Of a stretch of DNA of 64,000 bases, positions 37,469-47,120 are shown piece after piece. Positions within the stretch are counted from its first letter, which is position 1. Each line of letters opens with the position of its first letter. The notes beneath the pieces are model-generated. The model did no database searches, had not been told where the DNA came from, and saw only the letters and a program-made list of their open reading frames with translations. Made by a program: the position numbers and the translations under genes. The stretch lies in IMG/VR virus record IMGVR_UViG_3300031952_000001, positions 147,983 through 211,982 of that record. One strand, written 5' to 3'.

Positions 37469-39723
37469 TGGAGACCGGTTTTCTCGACAACATCGGCAAG
37501 AGGATCGACACTGCGCTGGAGTCGAGGACGTCGAGCGGCTTGACCGGTCCCGAGGTCGAGTACCTCCGCCGGCCGGCTCCGAACATCTGCGAGTGGGTGA
37601 CCGGGCTCGACTACTGGAACGTGCCCACGACGTTCGACCACACCCGCCAGTACCAGATCATGCGCGACCTGTTCGGGGTGCGCTGTCCGATCTGCAACTC
37701 GATGAAGCCCGAGGCGGTCGACTGCTGGGGCAAGAGCCGGATGTACCTGGAGTCCGAGGTGCTGCTCTGCTGGGTCGAGAGCGAGCAGGACTTCGTGTGC
37801 CCGCGGTGCGGCAGCACGCAGCGCGAGCTGCTCCACGACGGCATCCTCCAGGCCTACAACGAGACGATCATCCTGGCCGGCATGCGCTCGGGGAAATCGT
37901 ACCTGGGCGCTCACATCGGAGGGTACTTCGAGAACTTCATATCGAGCCGGGCGATGTTCGGCCAGGGCCACCTCCAGAGGATGCTGAAGCAGGAGAAGAG
38001 CGAGTGGTTCGAGGTCACCTTCTCCGCGTCGACCGCGACCCAGGCGCAGCAGACCATCTACGCCAAGTACCGCGAGATGCGGAAGAACTCTCCGTGGATT
38101 CAGCGCTACTCCTCGTGGGTCCAGGCCTTCGAGTCTCAGCAACCCTCGGAAGTCGACCGCTGGATGTACAACACCAACGCCGACGCCATCCTGGATGGCT
38201 GGGCGCGCGTGCGCTACAACCGCATCGCTAGCGACTCGGCCGGTGTCGCCGGCAAGACGCGCATCATGGCGTCCATCGACGAGTGGGCTCGTCTCGCGGA
38301 CACCGAGGGCAGCCGCTCCGCGAAGGAGCTGTACCGCGTGCTGAACCAGTCCCTCGCCACGGTCCGCGCCGCGGTGATGCAGAACGAGCTTCCGTCTTTC
38401 CTGGGGATGATGCTGAACGTGACCTCGCCGATCTCGCAGGACGACCCGGCGATGGAGCACTACAACAAGGCGGCCGAGGGGATCCTGCCGAGGACGTACT
38501 ACTGGAAGGGCGCGACCTGGGACTTCAACCCGCAGATGCCGCGGCACGTCTTCGACGACGACTACGTGAAGGACGCCATGGGCGCGGAGCGTGACTTCGG
38601 GGCGAACCCGCCGAACGCCGAGAGCCCCTACGTGGACGACCCGAAGCGTTTCTGGAAGAGCATCGACTTCGACCGCGACCCCATCGCCCGCTTCCGGCCC
38701 TCGTTCTTCGAGGACACGACGGGCAAGAAGTACATCGGCATGGAGGTCGAGGAGTGCAAGCTGAACCACGTCAACCCCTACTACCTGTTCGGTGACGCCG
38801 GGCTCAACTGGGACTCGTTCGGGCTCGTCATGGCGCACTCCGAGTGGCTCAACGTGGACGACTTCGAGTCCGACGAGACTGGCCCCGACGGAGAGCCCCT
38901 CATTCGCCAGAGGGCTCCTGTGGGCCGCGGCAGGATGGAGCCTGTCGACGAGTACGGGGTCGTCTTCTCCGAGGACCTGGGGACGTTCCTCGGCGCGAAC
39001 ATGCCGGTCGGTGCCGACGGCGACATGATCATGGAGGCTCAGAAGAACCGCCGCCGCATGGCGAACTACTTCACCGCCTCGAACAAGGCCGGCGCTCGTC
39101 CGTTCGATCACATGAACGAGATGCTGTGCACGGTGATCGACTTCTCCGTGCGCATCGTTCCGACCCGGGAGCGGGACATCTGGTTCAACTCGGTCGTGAA
39201 CATCATCGCCGAGGTCCAGAAGAAGGTCCGGATCGCCGGGGTGGCGTTCGACCACTGGAACGCCGAGTCCACGATCCAGCAGCTCCGGACGATGGGCATC
39301 ATCACGACGAAGGTCCAGCTCGGGCCGGTCCACTTCATGAACTTCCTGCGGATGACCTACAACGGCCGGGTGAAGCTCCTTCCGCCACATGCGGAGGACA
39401 CCGTGGGCATCACGGACACGGGGGCCCTCGTGATCGCGACCCCGCAGGAGCAGATGCAAGGGCAGTCCGTCGCGCTGGTCGAGCTGCTCAAGCTCACGCG
39501 GTCTCCGGACCTGAAGAAGTTCTTCAACCCGAAGAAGGGGACCGTCCGGGGTCGAGACTCGGACGATCTCGCGCGCTGCTACGTCGGCGTCCACCATCTC
39601 ATCCAGGATTCTATTGTGGATTCTCAGGCAAATATGAAGAGAAAGATGAATATACGAAAGAGAATGGCTGCCACGGATACAAGCGCTCTAGGCTCTGTTG
39701 TCTCGGGGAGAGGTTCCTGGTAG
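37468..39723 (+). CDS. terL: terminase large subunit
   Basis: Walker A ILAGMRSGKSY, Walker B ASIDEWAR, nuclease acidic motifs GDAG..DSFG, FDHWN, SDDLA; zinc-ribbon insert CPIC...CPRC. Confidence 0.9.
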   Translation: METGFLDNIGKRIDTALESRTSSGLTGPEVEYLRRPAPNICEWVTGLDYWNVPTTFDHTRQYQIMRDLFGVRCPICNSMKPEAVDCWGKSRMYLESEVLLCWVESEQDFVCPRCGSTQRELLHDGILQAYNETIILAGMRSGKSYLGAHIGGYFENFISSRAMFGQGHLQRMLKQEKSEWFEVTFSASTATQAQQTIYAKYREMRKNSPWIQRYSSWVQAFESQQPSEVDRWMYNTNADAILDGWARVRYNRIASDSAGVAGKTRIMASIDEWARLADTEGSRSAKELYRVLNQSLATVRAAVMQNELPSFLGMMLNVTSPISQDDPAMEHYNKAAEGILPRTYYWKGATWDFNPQMPRHVFDDDYVKDAMGAERDFGANPPNAESPYVDDPKRFWKSIDFDRDPIARFRPSFFEDTTGKKYIGMEVEECKLNHVNPYYLFGDAGLNWDSFGLVMAHSEWLNVDDFESDETGPDGEPLIRQRAPVGRGRMEPVDEYGVVFSEDLGTFLGANMPVGADGDMIMEAQKNRRRMANYFTASNKAGARPFDHMNEMLCTVIDFSVRIVPTRERDIWFNSVVNIIAEVQKKVRIAGVAFDHWNAESTIQQLRTMGIITTKVQLGPVHFMNFLRMTYNGRVKLLPPHAEDTVGITDTGALVIATPQEQMQGQSVALVELLKLTRSPDLKKFFNPKKGTVRGRDSDDLARCYVGVHHLIQDSIVDSQANMKRKMNIRKRMAATDTSALGSVVSGRGSW

Positions 39724-39726
39724 TAA

Positions 39727-40881
39727 ATGCACCGTGCCTTCAAATTCCGACTCTTTACGAACTCCAATCAAGAGCGCGAACTCGGCGTCATGCTCGAAAC
39801 GCACCGCCGACTCTACAACCTCTGTTTGGAGCAACGGCGTGACCTCTACCGCCAGCACGGACATTCCGTCCGGTACATCGACCAGTCTGCGGAGTTCAAA
39901 GACCTGCGCAGCGACAACGCCTACTTCGCGCGGATCAACTTCTCTTCGGCTCAGGCCACGATGCGCCGTCTCGACAAGTCGTTCGTCGCGTTTTTCCGTC
40001 GCGTGAAGGCCGGACAGACGCCCGGCTATCCGCGTTTCAAGGCCAGCGACCGTTTCGACAGCATCGAGTTCCCGAACTACGGCGACGGCATCCGCCTGAA
40101 CGGCAATCGGCTTCGAGTTCAGCACGTTGGTGTGATTCGCTGTAAGGTTCACCGTCCCGTCGAGGGTGCAGTCAAGACGGCCACGCTCAAGCGCGAGGGT
40201 GGCAAGTGGTTCGTGATTCTGTCCTGCGATCTCGGAGACATTTGGGTTGAGCCGAGCACTCTTCCCGCCGTTGGCATCGACGTGGGTCTCGAAAACTTCC
40301 TCACCACTTCTGACGGTGAGGTCGTCGAGAACCCACGCTTCCTCAAGAAGGAACTCCCCGCCCTGCGCCGTGCTCAGCGTGCCGTCTCTCGCAAGAAGAA
40401 GGGTGGAGCGAATCGACGAAAGGCCGTCAAGGGCGTTCGTGTTATTCATGCGCACGTCGCCAACCAGCGGCGCGAGCATCATCATAAAACTGCTCTGAAC
40501 TTGATCCGTTGCTACGGCTTGATCGCGGTGGAGAGCCTGAACATTCTCGGAATGGTCAGGAACCACCGGCTCAGCCAAGCAATCGCGGACGCCGCATGGG
40601 GCGGCTTCCTGACGGTCCTGGGACACAAGGCTGAAAGAGCCGGTGTCACTGTGATGGCTGTAAATGCGTGGGGCACAAGCCAGGAGTGCAGCGGTTGCGG
40701 CGAAGACGTACACAAGGAGCTTCGTGTGCGTCAACACGTCTGCCCGCACTGTGGCCTGTCCCTGCACCGAGATGAGAACGCGGCCAGGAACATCCTGACT
40801 CGCGCTCTCCAGGCCCGGATGGGGCCTGTGGGCGTCAACGGGGAGAGCCCCGTTGCCCAAGAAGCCGTCTGCTTTAGCTGA
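39727..40881 (+). CDS. tnpB: RNA-guided endonuclease TnpB (IS200/IS605 family), no tnpA
   Basis: RAFKFRL HTH start, GYPRFK, RuvC VGIDVG / IAVESL / HRDENAARNI, zinc finger CSGC...CPHC. Confidence 0.95.
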   Translation: MHRAFKFRLFTNSNQERELGVMLETHRRLYNLCLEQRRDLYRQHGHSVRYIDQSAEFKDLRSDNAYFARINFSSAQATMRRLDKSFVAFFRRVKAGQTPGYPRFKASDRFDSIEFPNYGDGIRLNGNRLRVQHVGVIRCKVHRPVEGAVKTATLKREGGKWFVILSCDLGDIWVEPSTLPAVGIDVGLENFLTTSDGEVVENPRFLKKELPALRRAQRAVSRKKKGGANRRKAVKGVRVIHAHVANQRREHHHKTALNLIRCYGLIAVESLNILGMVRNHRLSQAIADAAWGGFLTVLGHKAERAGVTVMAVNAWGTSQECSGCGEDVHKELRVRQHVCPHCGLSLHRDENAARNILTRALQARMGPVGVNGESPVAQEAVCFS

Positions 40882-40913
40882 CGGAGTCATCACCGGAACT
40901 GTCGCTACTGGGA
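40800..40913 (+). ncRNA. predicted TnpB omegaRNA 3' scaffold (right-end hairpin ending TCAC at 40893) plus guide from 40894
   Basis: GAAGCCGTCTGCTTTAGCTGACGGAGTCATCAC resembles IS200/IS605 right ends; 5' boundary approximate. Confidence 0.7.
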
Positions 40914-40930
40914 GGAGGATCTGATAGGTC

Positions 40931-41104
40931 ATGCCAAAGCGTAAACCGGTCGAGGTCATCAAGGTCGACGCTGCCTCTCGCGAGGTTAAGACTTTGACAC
41001 CTCCTCCGTGCTACCATGCCCGTTGTTCGTACTGCCGCCCTGAGGTTTGCGGCGAGTGGTTCACCACCTGCAAGGAGCTTCCTGATGGCGATCACCCTCG
41101 ATGA
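40931..41104 (+). CDS. 57-aa cysteine-rich protein (not in the ORF track)
   Basis: GGAGGAGG RBS; MPKRKPVEVIK...CYHARCSYCRPEVCGEWFTTC. Confidence 0.6.
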   Translation: MPKRKPVEVIKVDAASREVKTLTPPPCYHARCSYCRPEVCGEWFTTCKELPDGDHPR

Positions 41105-41948
41105 AGCGATAGAGTCCGCCAAGCTGTCCGCCGGCAAGGAGCGAATCCTTCGGCAGCAGCACTACTCGGACCTCCTCAACCAGCTCCCCGAGGAGGAGCG
41201 GTTCACCTTCACGATGGCGCTCGCCGAGCTGGACATCGGCCCTCGGACCGGCAACGTTGCGGCCTCCGCCGCGGTGGCCGAGTTCCTGCGCTCCGGGGCT
41301 GTGCGGGACGTCCTGCGCCAGAACACGGGGCTGGATGATCGGGCCATCGAGAACCGGCTCGTTAAGGCCGCGATGCACCGGGACGCGCAGTGGTGGCAGA
41401 ACCTGAAGGACCGGTTCAAGAACTGGTGGAGCCAAGGTCCCGAGGACGAGTACCAAGAGGAGTTCGGTGAGCCGTTCCCCGAGAGGGAACCAGGTACTGA
41501 AGACATGTACAGCATGGAACCGAAGGAAGTCATTGAGCCGATGGCCGAGCCCGCGCCGCCGGGGTACGGTCCTGGACCTGAGCCGAACATCCCGCCGCCT
41601 CCGGAGGAGATGCCGGGCCCGCCGGTTGAGCCCGTGGGGATCCCCGTGACCGAGGAGCCCCCACCGCCTCCTCCGGGCTTCGAAGACAAGCGGGACATGC
41701 CGGAGATGATCCCCGTCAAGTCGAGCAACCTGGAGGCTGTGGGGTACATTCCAGAGGAGGAGCTGCTCTACATCATCTTCGCGGAGAAGCGCTCGACCCC
41801 GCGGACCCTCTACAGGTACAGCAACGTCTCCCAGTCGGAGTTCGATGACCTGCTCACCGCCGACTCCCAGGGAAAATACTTCCATCAATACATTCGGAAC
41901 ACGAAACCGTACACAGGTCCCATCGATCCGGGCGCGTACGGCCTCTAG
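41085..41948 (+). CDS. Pro-rich protein with C-terminal KTSC domain
   Basis: PVKSSNLEAVGY...LYRYSNV...LLTADSQGKYFHQYIR; AAGGAG RBS before MAITLD. Confidence 0.8.
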   Translation: MAITLDEAIESAKLSAGKERILRQQHYSDLLNQLPEEERFTFTMALAELDIGPRTGNVAASAAVAEFLRSGAVRDVLRQNTGLDDRAIENRLVKAAMHRDAQWWQNLKDRFKNWWSQGPEDEYQEEFGEPFPEREPGTEDMYSMEPKEVIEPMAEPAPPGYGPGPEPNIPPPPEEMPGPPVEPVGIPVTEEPPPPPPGFEDKRDMPEMIPVKSSNLEAVGYIPEEELLYIIFAEKRSTPRTLYRYSNVSQSEFDDLLTADSQGKYFHQYIRNTKPYTGPIDPGAYGL

Positions 41949-41955
41949 ACCTCTG

Positions 41956-41987
41956 TTTTAAAAATCCAAGACTGCCGCTGGTATACT
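41956..41987 (+). promoter_or_regulatory. class II promoter
   Basis: TTTTAAAAATCC-N14-TATACT. Confidence 0.75.
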
Positions 41988-42006
41988 GGAGCCTTCAGGA
42001 GGTCCC

Positions 42007-42507
42007 ATGCGCAAAGGTCTTGGTTTGTCGGAACAGGCGATTCGCAGGATCGGAAGAGTGGTTCTTGCGCAAGACTACGCCATGGACCCTGCCTCGGGCG
42101 ACTTCATCATGCCCGAGGGACCTTCGGGCGTTCCCACGGCGGACACGGAAGGCCGGCTGAAGGCTCTGGAGGATGGGCTGGGCAACCTGCAAGCCCAGAT
42201 GCAGGAGCTTCAGATCCTGGGAACGGGCATCGCCGATCTGCAAGCTCAAGTGCAGGAGCTTCAGCAGTCCGGAGGGGCCGCTCCCGGGGCTGGCGCTGGT
42301 GGGCAACCTGCCGCGCCGGCACCTCGAAAGAAGCGGCAGCCGAAACAGCCGCAGCAGCCGCAGCAACAGGCCTGGCAGCCGACTTCTTGGTGGGATCACT
42401 TCAAGCAGGTCGTGATGCCCGACCAGATTCCCGGTGCTCAGCAGCCCGAGCAGTACCAGGAAAGCAACCCTGCGACCCAGTACGTCGGTTCGAAGAGACC
42501 ACGTTAG
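42007..42507 (+). CDS. Gln/Pro-rich hypothetical protein
   Basis: AGGAGG RBS; class II promoter. Confidence 0.7.
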   Translation: MRKGLGLSEQAIRRIGRVVLAQDYAMDPASGDFIMPEGPSGVPTADTEGRLKALEDGLGNLQAQMQELQILGTGIADLQAQVQELQQSGGAAPGAGAGGQPAAPAPRKKRQPKQPQQPQQQAWQPTSWWDHFKQVVMPDQIPGAQQPEQYQESNPATQYVGSKRPR

Positions 42508-42528
42508 CTCCTCCAGGTACCCTTTCAA

Positions 42529-42561
42529 TTTAAAAATCCCTACGGGTGTCCGGGTTATACT
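42529..42561 (+). promoter_or_regulatory. class II promoter
   Basis: TTTAAAAATCC-N16-TATACT. Confidence 0.7.
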
Positions 42562-42590
42562 CCTCGTGCTGAAGGCAACGAGGTATTTTC

Positions 42591-43265
42591 ATGGCGTTTT
42601 GGCCCTTTCCCAGTGGATACCCTGTGGTTCTCGATAACTTCCTCGTCTCACAAATCGACGGGGTGGACATCGTATGGGCCAACCACCCGAACTCCTTGGC
42701 CTCCGCGGTGATGGCCCTCCAAGCCAAGCTGAACACGGACAACGCCCTGGTTCAGAGCACGGGCGGGCTGGCGTTCGATCCGGTCGGTCACGTTGCGAAC
42801 CCAGCCCCTCCCGGGGTCCCCTCCTTGTGGATCGACACGACGACAGCTCCGAGCTACGCCATCATCTACACGGACGAGCTGGGGAACGACTACGACCTGA
42901 GGTACGCGGCGTCTGCCGGGTTCATCGGGTACGGGTTTGCTTGCCCCTTGGGCGTTGTGGCTGGGCAGCTCGCCTACATCGACGCAGCGAACTCGGTAGC
43001 CTTGGCGGGGGCGACCCCCGGGAACAAGGCGGACGGTCTGGTGATCAGCGTCTACGGGGGTGGTCTCGTGTGCGACGTCGCCTACAGGGCTGAGGTCTCC
43101 GGGTTCGGTGGCCTGGTCCCCGGCGCGGACTACTACCTCGGGGATGGTGGCGCTTTCGTCACCGAGCTGCTCATTCCCGTGACGGCGACTGTGAAGCAGA
43201 TGGTAGGTACCGCCCGCAGCGCGGCGACCTTGGTAATGAACCCGACCCTGCCGACAAGGGTCTAG
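42591..43265 (+). CDS. virion protein with C-terminal capsid-cement/DUF2190-like fold
   Basis: ANHPNSLASAVMALQAKL then LVPGADYYL...QMVGTARSA. Confidence 0.65.
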   Translation: MAFWPFPSGYPVVLDNFLVSQIDGVDIVWANHPNSLASAVMALQAKLNTDNALVQSTGGLAFDPVGHVANPAPPGVPSLWIDTTTAPSYAIIYTDELGNDYDLRYAASAGFIGYGFACPLGVVAGQLAYIDAANSVALAGATPGNKADGLVISVYGGGLVCDVAYRAEVSGFGGLVPGADYYLGDGGAFVTELLIPVTATVKQMVGTARSAATLVMNPTLPTRV

Positions 43266-43277
43266 CAGGAGGAGAGC

Positions 43278-43607
43278 ATGGCGATCAAGAAGTACAGGAT
43301 TTCACTGGCGGGCGTCCCGGCACAGCTCATCAGCCAGTTCGAGGGCGACTCGGTCATCAAGCTGCGCATCACGACGCAGTACGGCCCTCGGGAGGTCGTG
43401 CTCCGCGAGGGCGAGATCATCAAGACCGAGGACCAGCTCGTGAAGATCCAGCTGGAAGGCTACCGGCCTCCGAAGATCCCGAAGATCACGAGGCAGCCCA
43501 AGGGTGATCTGGAGGCAACGGTCAAGACGTACAACCACGAAGACTACGCGGACTTCAACCCGTTCGCGGTCGTCGCAAACAACCTGACCCACCACATCGA
43601 GCTGTAG
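43278..43607 (+). CDS. hypothetical protein
   Basis: AGGAGG RBS. Confidence 0.65.
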   Translation: MAIKKYRISLAGVPAQLISQFEGDSVIKLRITTQYGPREVVLREGEIIKTEDQLVKIQLEGYRPPKIPKITRQPKGDLEATVKTYNHEDYADFNPFAVVANNLTHHIEL

Positions 43608-43640
43608 GTGGGCAGAAACGATTCGAAAGGGAGGTAGATC

Positions 43641-45311
43641 ATGGTTTTGGCACTCGTAAGACCCTCAGGCATAGTTCGAAACTTTGTCGAGGCTACCGAC
43701 GTTCTGAACGCTCGGTACATCGACAACGCCGCTCCTGCCGGGACGATGGACATTGGCACTGTCAATGCCACTACGATCAATTTCGGTGCTGCGGGCACAA
43801 CGATCAACATCCCCGGTACGCTGCATCTGATCGACGGCAGTGTTCTCACGGGTGACGGTAACGTCACCCTGGGTGGGGGTGATGGTGATACCATCACTCT
43901 CGGCGGGGCGTTTGTCTCGGCGGGCGACATCGTGAACATCGGTACGGCCGGAGCTACAGACACGATTGTCAGTCTTCGGGTCGACATGACCATCGCCGAC
44001 ACGAAGGACCTCCGGTTCAGCCGTGTCACCGGTACGGGCGTCATGGTCCTGCCGAGCACGTCGGCGGGTGAGGCCGGCGCGATCCGGACCACCGCGGGCG
44101 GTGCGTTCGAGTGGTGGAACGGTGCTGCGTGGGTCGCCGCGGGAGCCGCGGCCGGCAACACGTTGCAGCAGTCGTACGACGCCGGCACCGGCACGATCAC
44201 CCTCGATGCTTCCGGCGACTTCATCATCAACCTGGCTACGGCTGCGGCACCTGCTGGTGATGATTTCATCGTGAATGCAGGCACCGACGGGCTGACGTTG
44301 CACATGTCCGGTGCGAACGCGATGAGCCTCCAGGCGGATGTCACCTCGTTCGCGGCTTCGGCGTCCACTACGATGGACCTCGATGCGGCGGGTGTGCTGT
44401 CGATCAACTCGTCCGCGGGTGTGATCAACATCGGCGATGATGCGATTGTTCAGAACATCTACATCGGTACCGGTGGTGCTCGAACCTTGGTTCAGCTCGG
44501 CAGCGCGGCTGTTGTCGAGGTCGAGGTCGATGCAGTTCTGATCGACATCAACGCGGGGGCCAACGGCTTCCATCTCGATGCGGCCGGCAACTCGAACATC
44601 ACGACCTCGGCCGGCATCCTGACGATCACCGCGGCGGCGGGTTCGACCTGGTCGACGGCGGCCGGCGCTCTGACCCTGACCTCGGCGGCTGCGGCCACCT
44701 GGTCGACGCTGGCGGGCGCGCTGTCCCTCACGGGCTTCACGGATCTGGCTCTGACCGCGACCGGCGGCGAGCTGACCTTCAGCGACAGCTGGCGGGCGGC
44801 CTCGGGCTACTCCGCGGCGATGCCGTTCGCGAATGCCCAGGCCGAGTGGACGTCGTTCGTGGCGAACTTCGGTGACGGCACCTCTCTGATCGCGGCGGTC
44901 AACGAGGCCTACTCGACGGGCGGCGGCTTCGAAGCCGTCACCACGGCCGGCACGACCGCGGGCTACGCCATCGGCGGTTCGGCCACGGACAACGAGATCG
45001 CGGATGCGGACGCGGACAGCGCGACCCTGCCCATCGCGAAGTGCTTCGGCTTCGCGAACGCAACGGTCGGTGCGGCCGGTACGGTCCTGGTACGGACGAG
45101 CGGCCGGATCATCGTGACCTCTCCGGCGAACGAGACCTGGGCGCGCGGCGAGATGATCTACCTGAGCACGACCGCGGGCCGAGTGACCAAGACGGCTCCG
45201 TCCGGTGCGGGCAACACGGTGCAGTGCGTTGGGTACGCGGCGGCGACGGATCTCGCCCCGGCTGGAACACATCAGATGTGGATCCACCTGACCATCCCGA
45301 CGTACGTGTAG
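43641..45311 (+). CDS. fibre protein with C-terminal DUF2190-like domain
   Basis: G/A/T-rich repeats, TLQQSYDAG, WARGEMIYLSTTAGRVTKTAP...QCVGYA. Confidence 0.7.
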   Translation: MVLALVRPSGIVRNFVEATDVLNARYIDNAAPAGTMDIGTVNATTINFGAAGTTINIPGTLHLIDGSVLTGDGNVTLGGGDGDTITLGGAFVSAGDIVNIGTAGATDTIVSLRVDMTIADTKDLRFSRVTGTGVMVLPSTSAGEAGAIRTTAGGAFEWWNGAAWVAAGAAAGNTLQQSYDAGTGTITLDASGDFIINLATAAAPAGDDFIVNAGTDGLTLHMSGANAMSLQADVTSFAASASTTMDLDAAGVLSINSSAGVINIGDDAIVQNIYIGTGGARTLVQLGSAAVVEVEVDAVLIDINAGANGFHLDAAGNSNITTSAGILTITAAAGSTWSTAAGALTLTSAAAATWSTLAGALSLTGFTDLALTATGGELTFSDSWRAASGYSAAMPFANAQAEWTSFVANFGDGTSLIAAVNEAYSTGGGFEAVTTAGTTAGYAIGGSATDNEIADADADSATLPIAKCFGFANATVGAAGTVLVRTSGRIIVTSPANETWARGEMIYLSTTAGRVTKTAPSGAGNTVQCVGYAAATDLAPAGTHQMWIHLTIPTYV

Positions 45312-45382
45312 TCGCGACGGTCGATTGAAACCGAGTTCCCCCGTGCGTCTGGTGGCGCACGGGGGAATGATCGGAGGATTGA

Positions 45383-47095
45383 ATGGCGGACCTTCGAGCC
45401 CTCTCTCGTTTCAGCACCAGCTCGGGGTTGAGCATCGACCCTCGCCTGGTTCTGGATACCGACCGTGTTGCGGCAGGCGGCATGGTTCAGTCCACTGCTG
45501 CGACCCCTCTGAGCTTCCAGACGACCGGTGCGAACTCGGACATCACCCTCTCTGCGACCCGGAGCATCACGCTTGGCGCTACGACAGGGGCCATCACTCT
45601 GAACTCGGTGATCTCTTCGAATTTTACGGTGTCAGGAAACGTACTGGGTGCGGTTATCCTTACTCTGAGCGCCACCAACGCCGTAGGTGGTGGCACAGCA
45701 GACGTAGCAATTTCGTGTAAGAATACAGCCTCCGTAGCAGCCATAACGTTCGATGTAAACGCGACGGGAGCTATCACCCTAGATTCGGCTCTTTCGTCGA
45801 ACCTTACTGTTACGGCTGCCAGTCCACTTGCTCAGACTCTTACGTTGAGCTGCACGAACGGTGGGGCAGGTACAGGAAACGTCACTGTCACTTGTAAGGA
45901 TGTCTTAACCCTTTCCACTATAGGCGGTGCTCCTAGCTCCATTGTTATCAACAGTATCTCTGGTTTGAACATAGACTGCGTGCAGTGTGATCTGGATGCC
46001 ACAGGGGCCCTCAGCATCGACGCAGCCACTACTTCGAACATCACCTTGGGGGCGACCAGCGGCGGTGCTCAGACCCTGACGATCAGCTGCACGAACGCGG
46101 GTGCCGGAGCGGGTAACCTTACCGTCAGCTGTGAGGATACACTCACTATCGTCTCTACGGCACCCGGCATTATCGATATGGACTGTCGACAGTTCACACT
46201 CGACACGTCCCTGGACATCAGCCTGGACACGGTCAGCAGCTCGAACTTCTCTATCATCGCGAACAACGGTGGTGCTCAGACTCTTACGTTGAGCTGCACG
46301 AACGCGGGTGCCGGAGCGGGTAACCTTACCGTCAGCTGTGAGGATACACTCACTATCGTCTCTACGGCACCCGGCATTATCGATATGGACTGTCGACAGT
46401 TCACACTCGACACGTCCCTGGACATCAGCCTGGACACGGTCAGCAGCTCGAACTTCACGGTTGCGGCGACCAGCGGCGGTGCGGTTACACTCACGTTGAG
46501 ATGCACGAACGGTGGTGCCGGCGCGGGGAACTTGACTCTTGACTGCAAGAGCACGTTGAACATTGACTGTGCGGACTGCACACTGGACGCGACCGCAGCC
46601 ATCAGCTTGACCGCGGCGACGGCTTCGAGCTTCACGGTGTCCGGCGCTGCTGCGGATCTGACCCTCGGGGCGAGAGCTGCGACGATCACCCTGAACCAGG
46701 CCTCAGACACCGCCCTGGTGGGGTTCACGGCGACCTCCATCATCGGTGCCCTGAACGAGCTGAAGTTGACCGGTGGGGGTGCTGCGTTCATCTCGACGAC
46801 GATTCCAGCTGGCGCTTCCACTACGGATTCCTTCGCGTCTGTCCAAGATGGGGTAGCGGAGTGGCTCTACATCATCCGGTTCAATGGCAACATCCGCGGG
46901 GGCACCATCCTGGCGTCTTGGGATCAAAGCGTTCCAGATGCGAAACTCTACGAGACTGTCACTACGGACATGGGTGTGACGACGGACATCACGTTCACGG
47001 TTGTGCATAACGGTGCTCTCATGAGACTTAGCGCAGCCAACGCCGGGGTGAACGTCTACGACTTCAGGGCAGTGAGGCGTGTGGTATCGTTCTAG
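45383..47095 (+). CDS. repetitive fibre protein
   Basis: Recurrent LTLSCTNxGAGxGN units; GGAGG RBS. Confidence 0.75.
   Translation: MADLRALSRFSTSSGLSIDPRLVLDTDRVAAGGMVQSTAATPLSFQTTGANSDITLSATRSITLGATTGAITLNSVISSNFTVSGNVLGAVILTLSATNAVGGGTADVAISCKNTASVAAITFDVNATGAITLDSALSSNLTVTAASPLAQTLTLSCTNGGAGTGNVTVTCKDVLTLSTIGGAPSSIVINSISGLNIDCVQCDLDATGALSIDAATTSNITLGATSGGAQTLTISCTNAGAGAGNLTVSCEDTLTIVSTAPGIIDMDCRQFTLDTSLDISLDTVSSSNFSIIANNGGAQTLTLSCTNAGAGAGNLTVSCEDTLTIVSTAPGIIDMDCRQFTLDTSLDISLDTVSSSNFTVAATSGGAVTLTLRCTNGGAGAGNLTLDCKSTLNIDCADCTLDATAAISLTAATASSFTVSGAAADLTLGARAATITLNQASDTALVGFTATSIIGALNELKLTGGGAAFISTTIPAGASTTDSFASVQDGVAEWLYIIRFNGNIRGGTILASWDQSVPDAKLYETVTTDMGVTTDITFTVVHNGALMRLSAANAGVNVYDFRAVRRVVSF
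46085..46456 (+). repeat. recent in-frame tandem duplication, 207-bp period
   Basis: About 165 bp identical at 46085-46249 and 46292-46456. Confidence 0.85.
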
Positions 47096-47120
47096 CTCTG
47101 GAAAGTGAAGGGGCTGAAAA

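Noticed and set aside
37396-39597. Long antisense/alternate-frame ORFs (also 1619-3226, 7292-8674, 19931-21919, 57563-59665 and others)
   Set aside because: Shadows of high-GC3 genes; they lack RBSs and recognisable motifs.
39727-40893. Complete autonomous IS605 transposon
   Set aside because: No tnpA and no left-end hairpin visible; only 3 nt separate terL and tnpB.
40985-41017. TTGACA...TACCAT promoter-like sequence
   Set aside because: The spacer is only 12 nt and it lies inside the 40931-41104 ORF.
33071-42525. Shared 14-mer TCCAGGTACCCTTT just after stops at about 33071 and 42512
   Set aside because: Only two copies and no structure, too little to assign a function.
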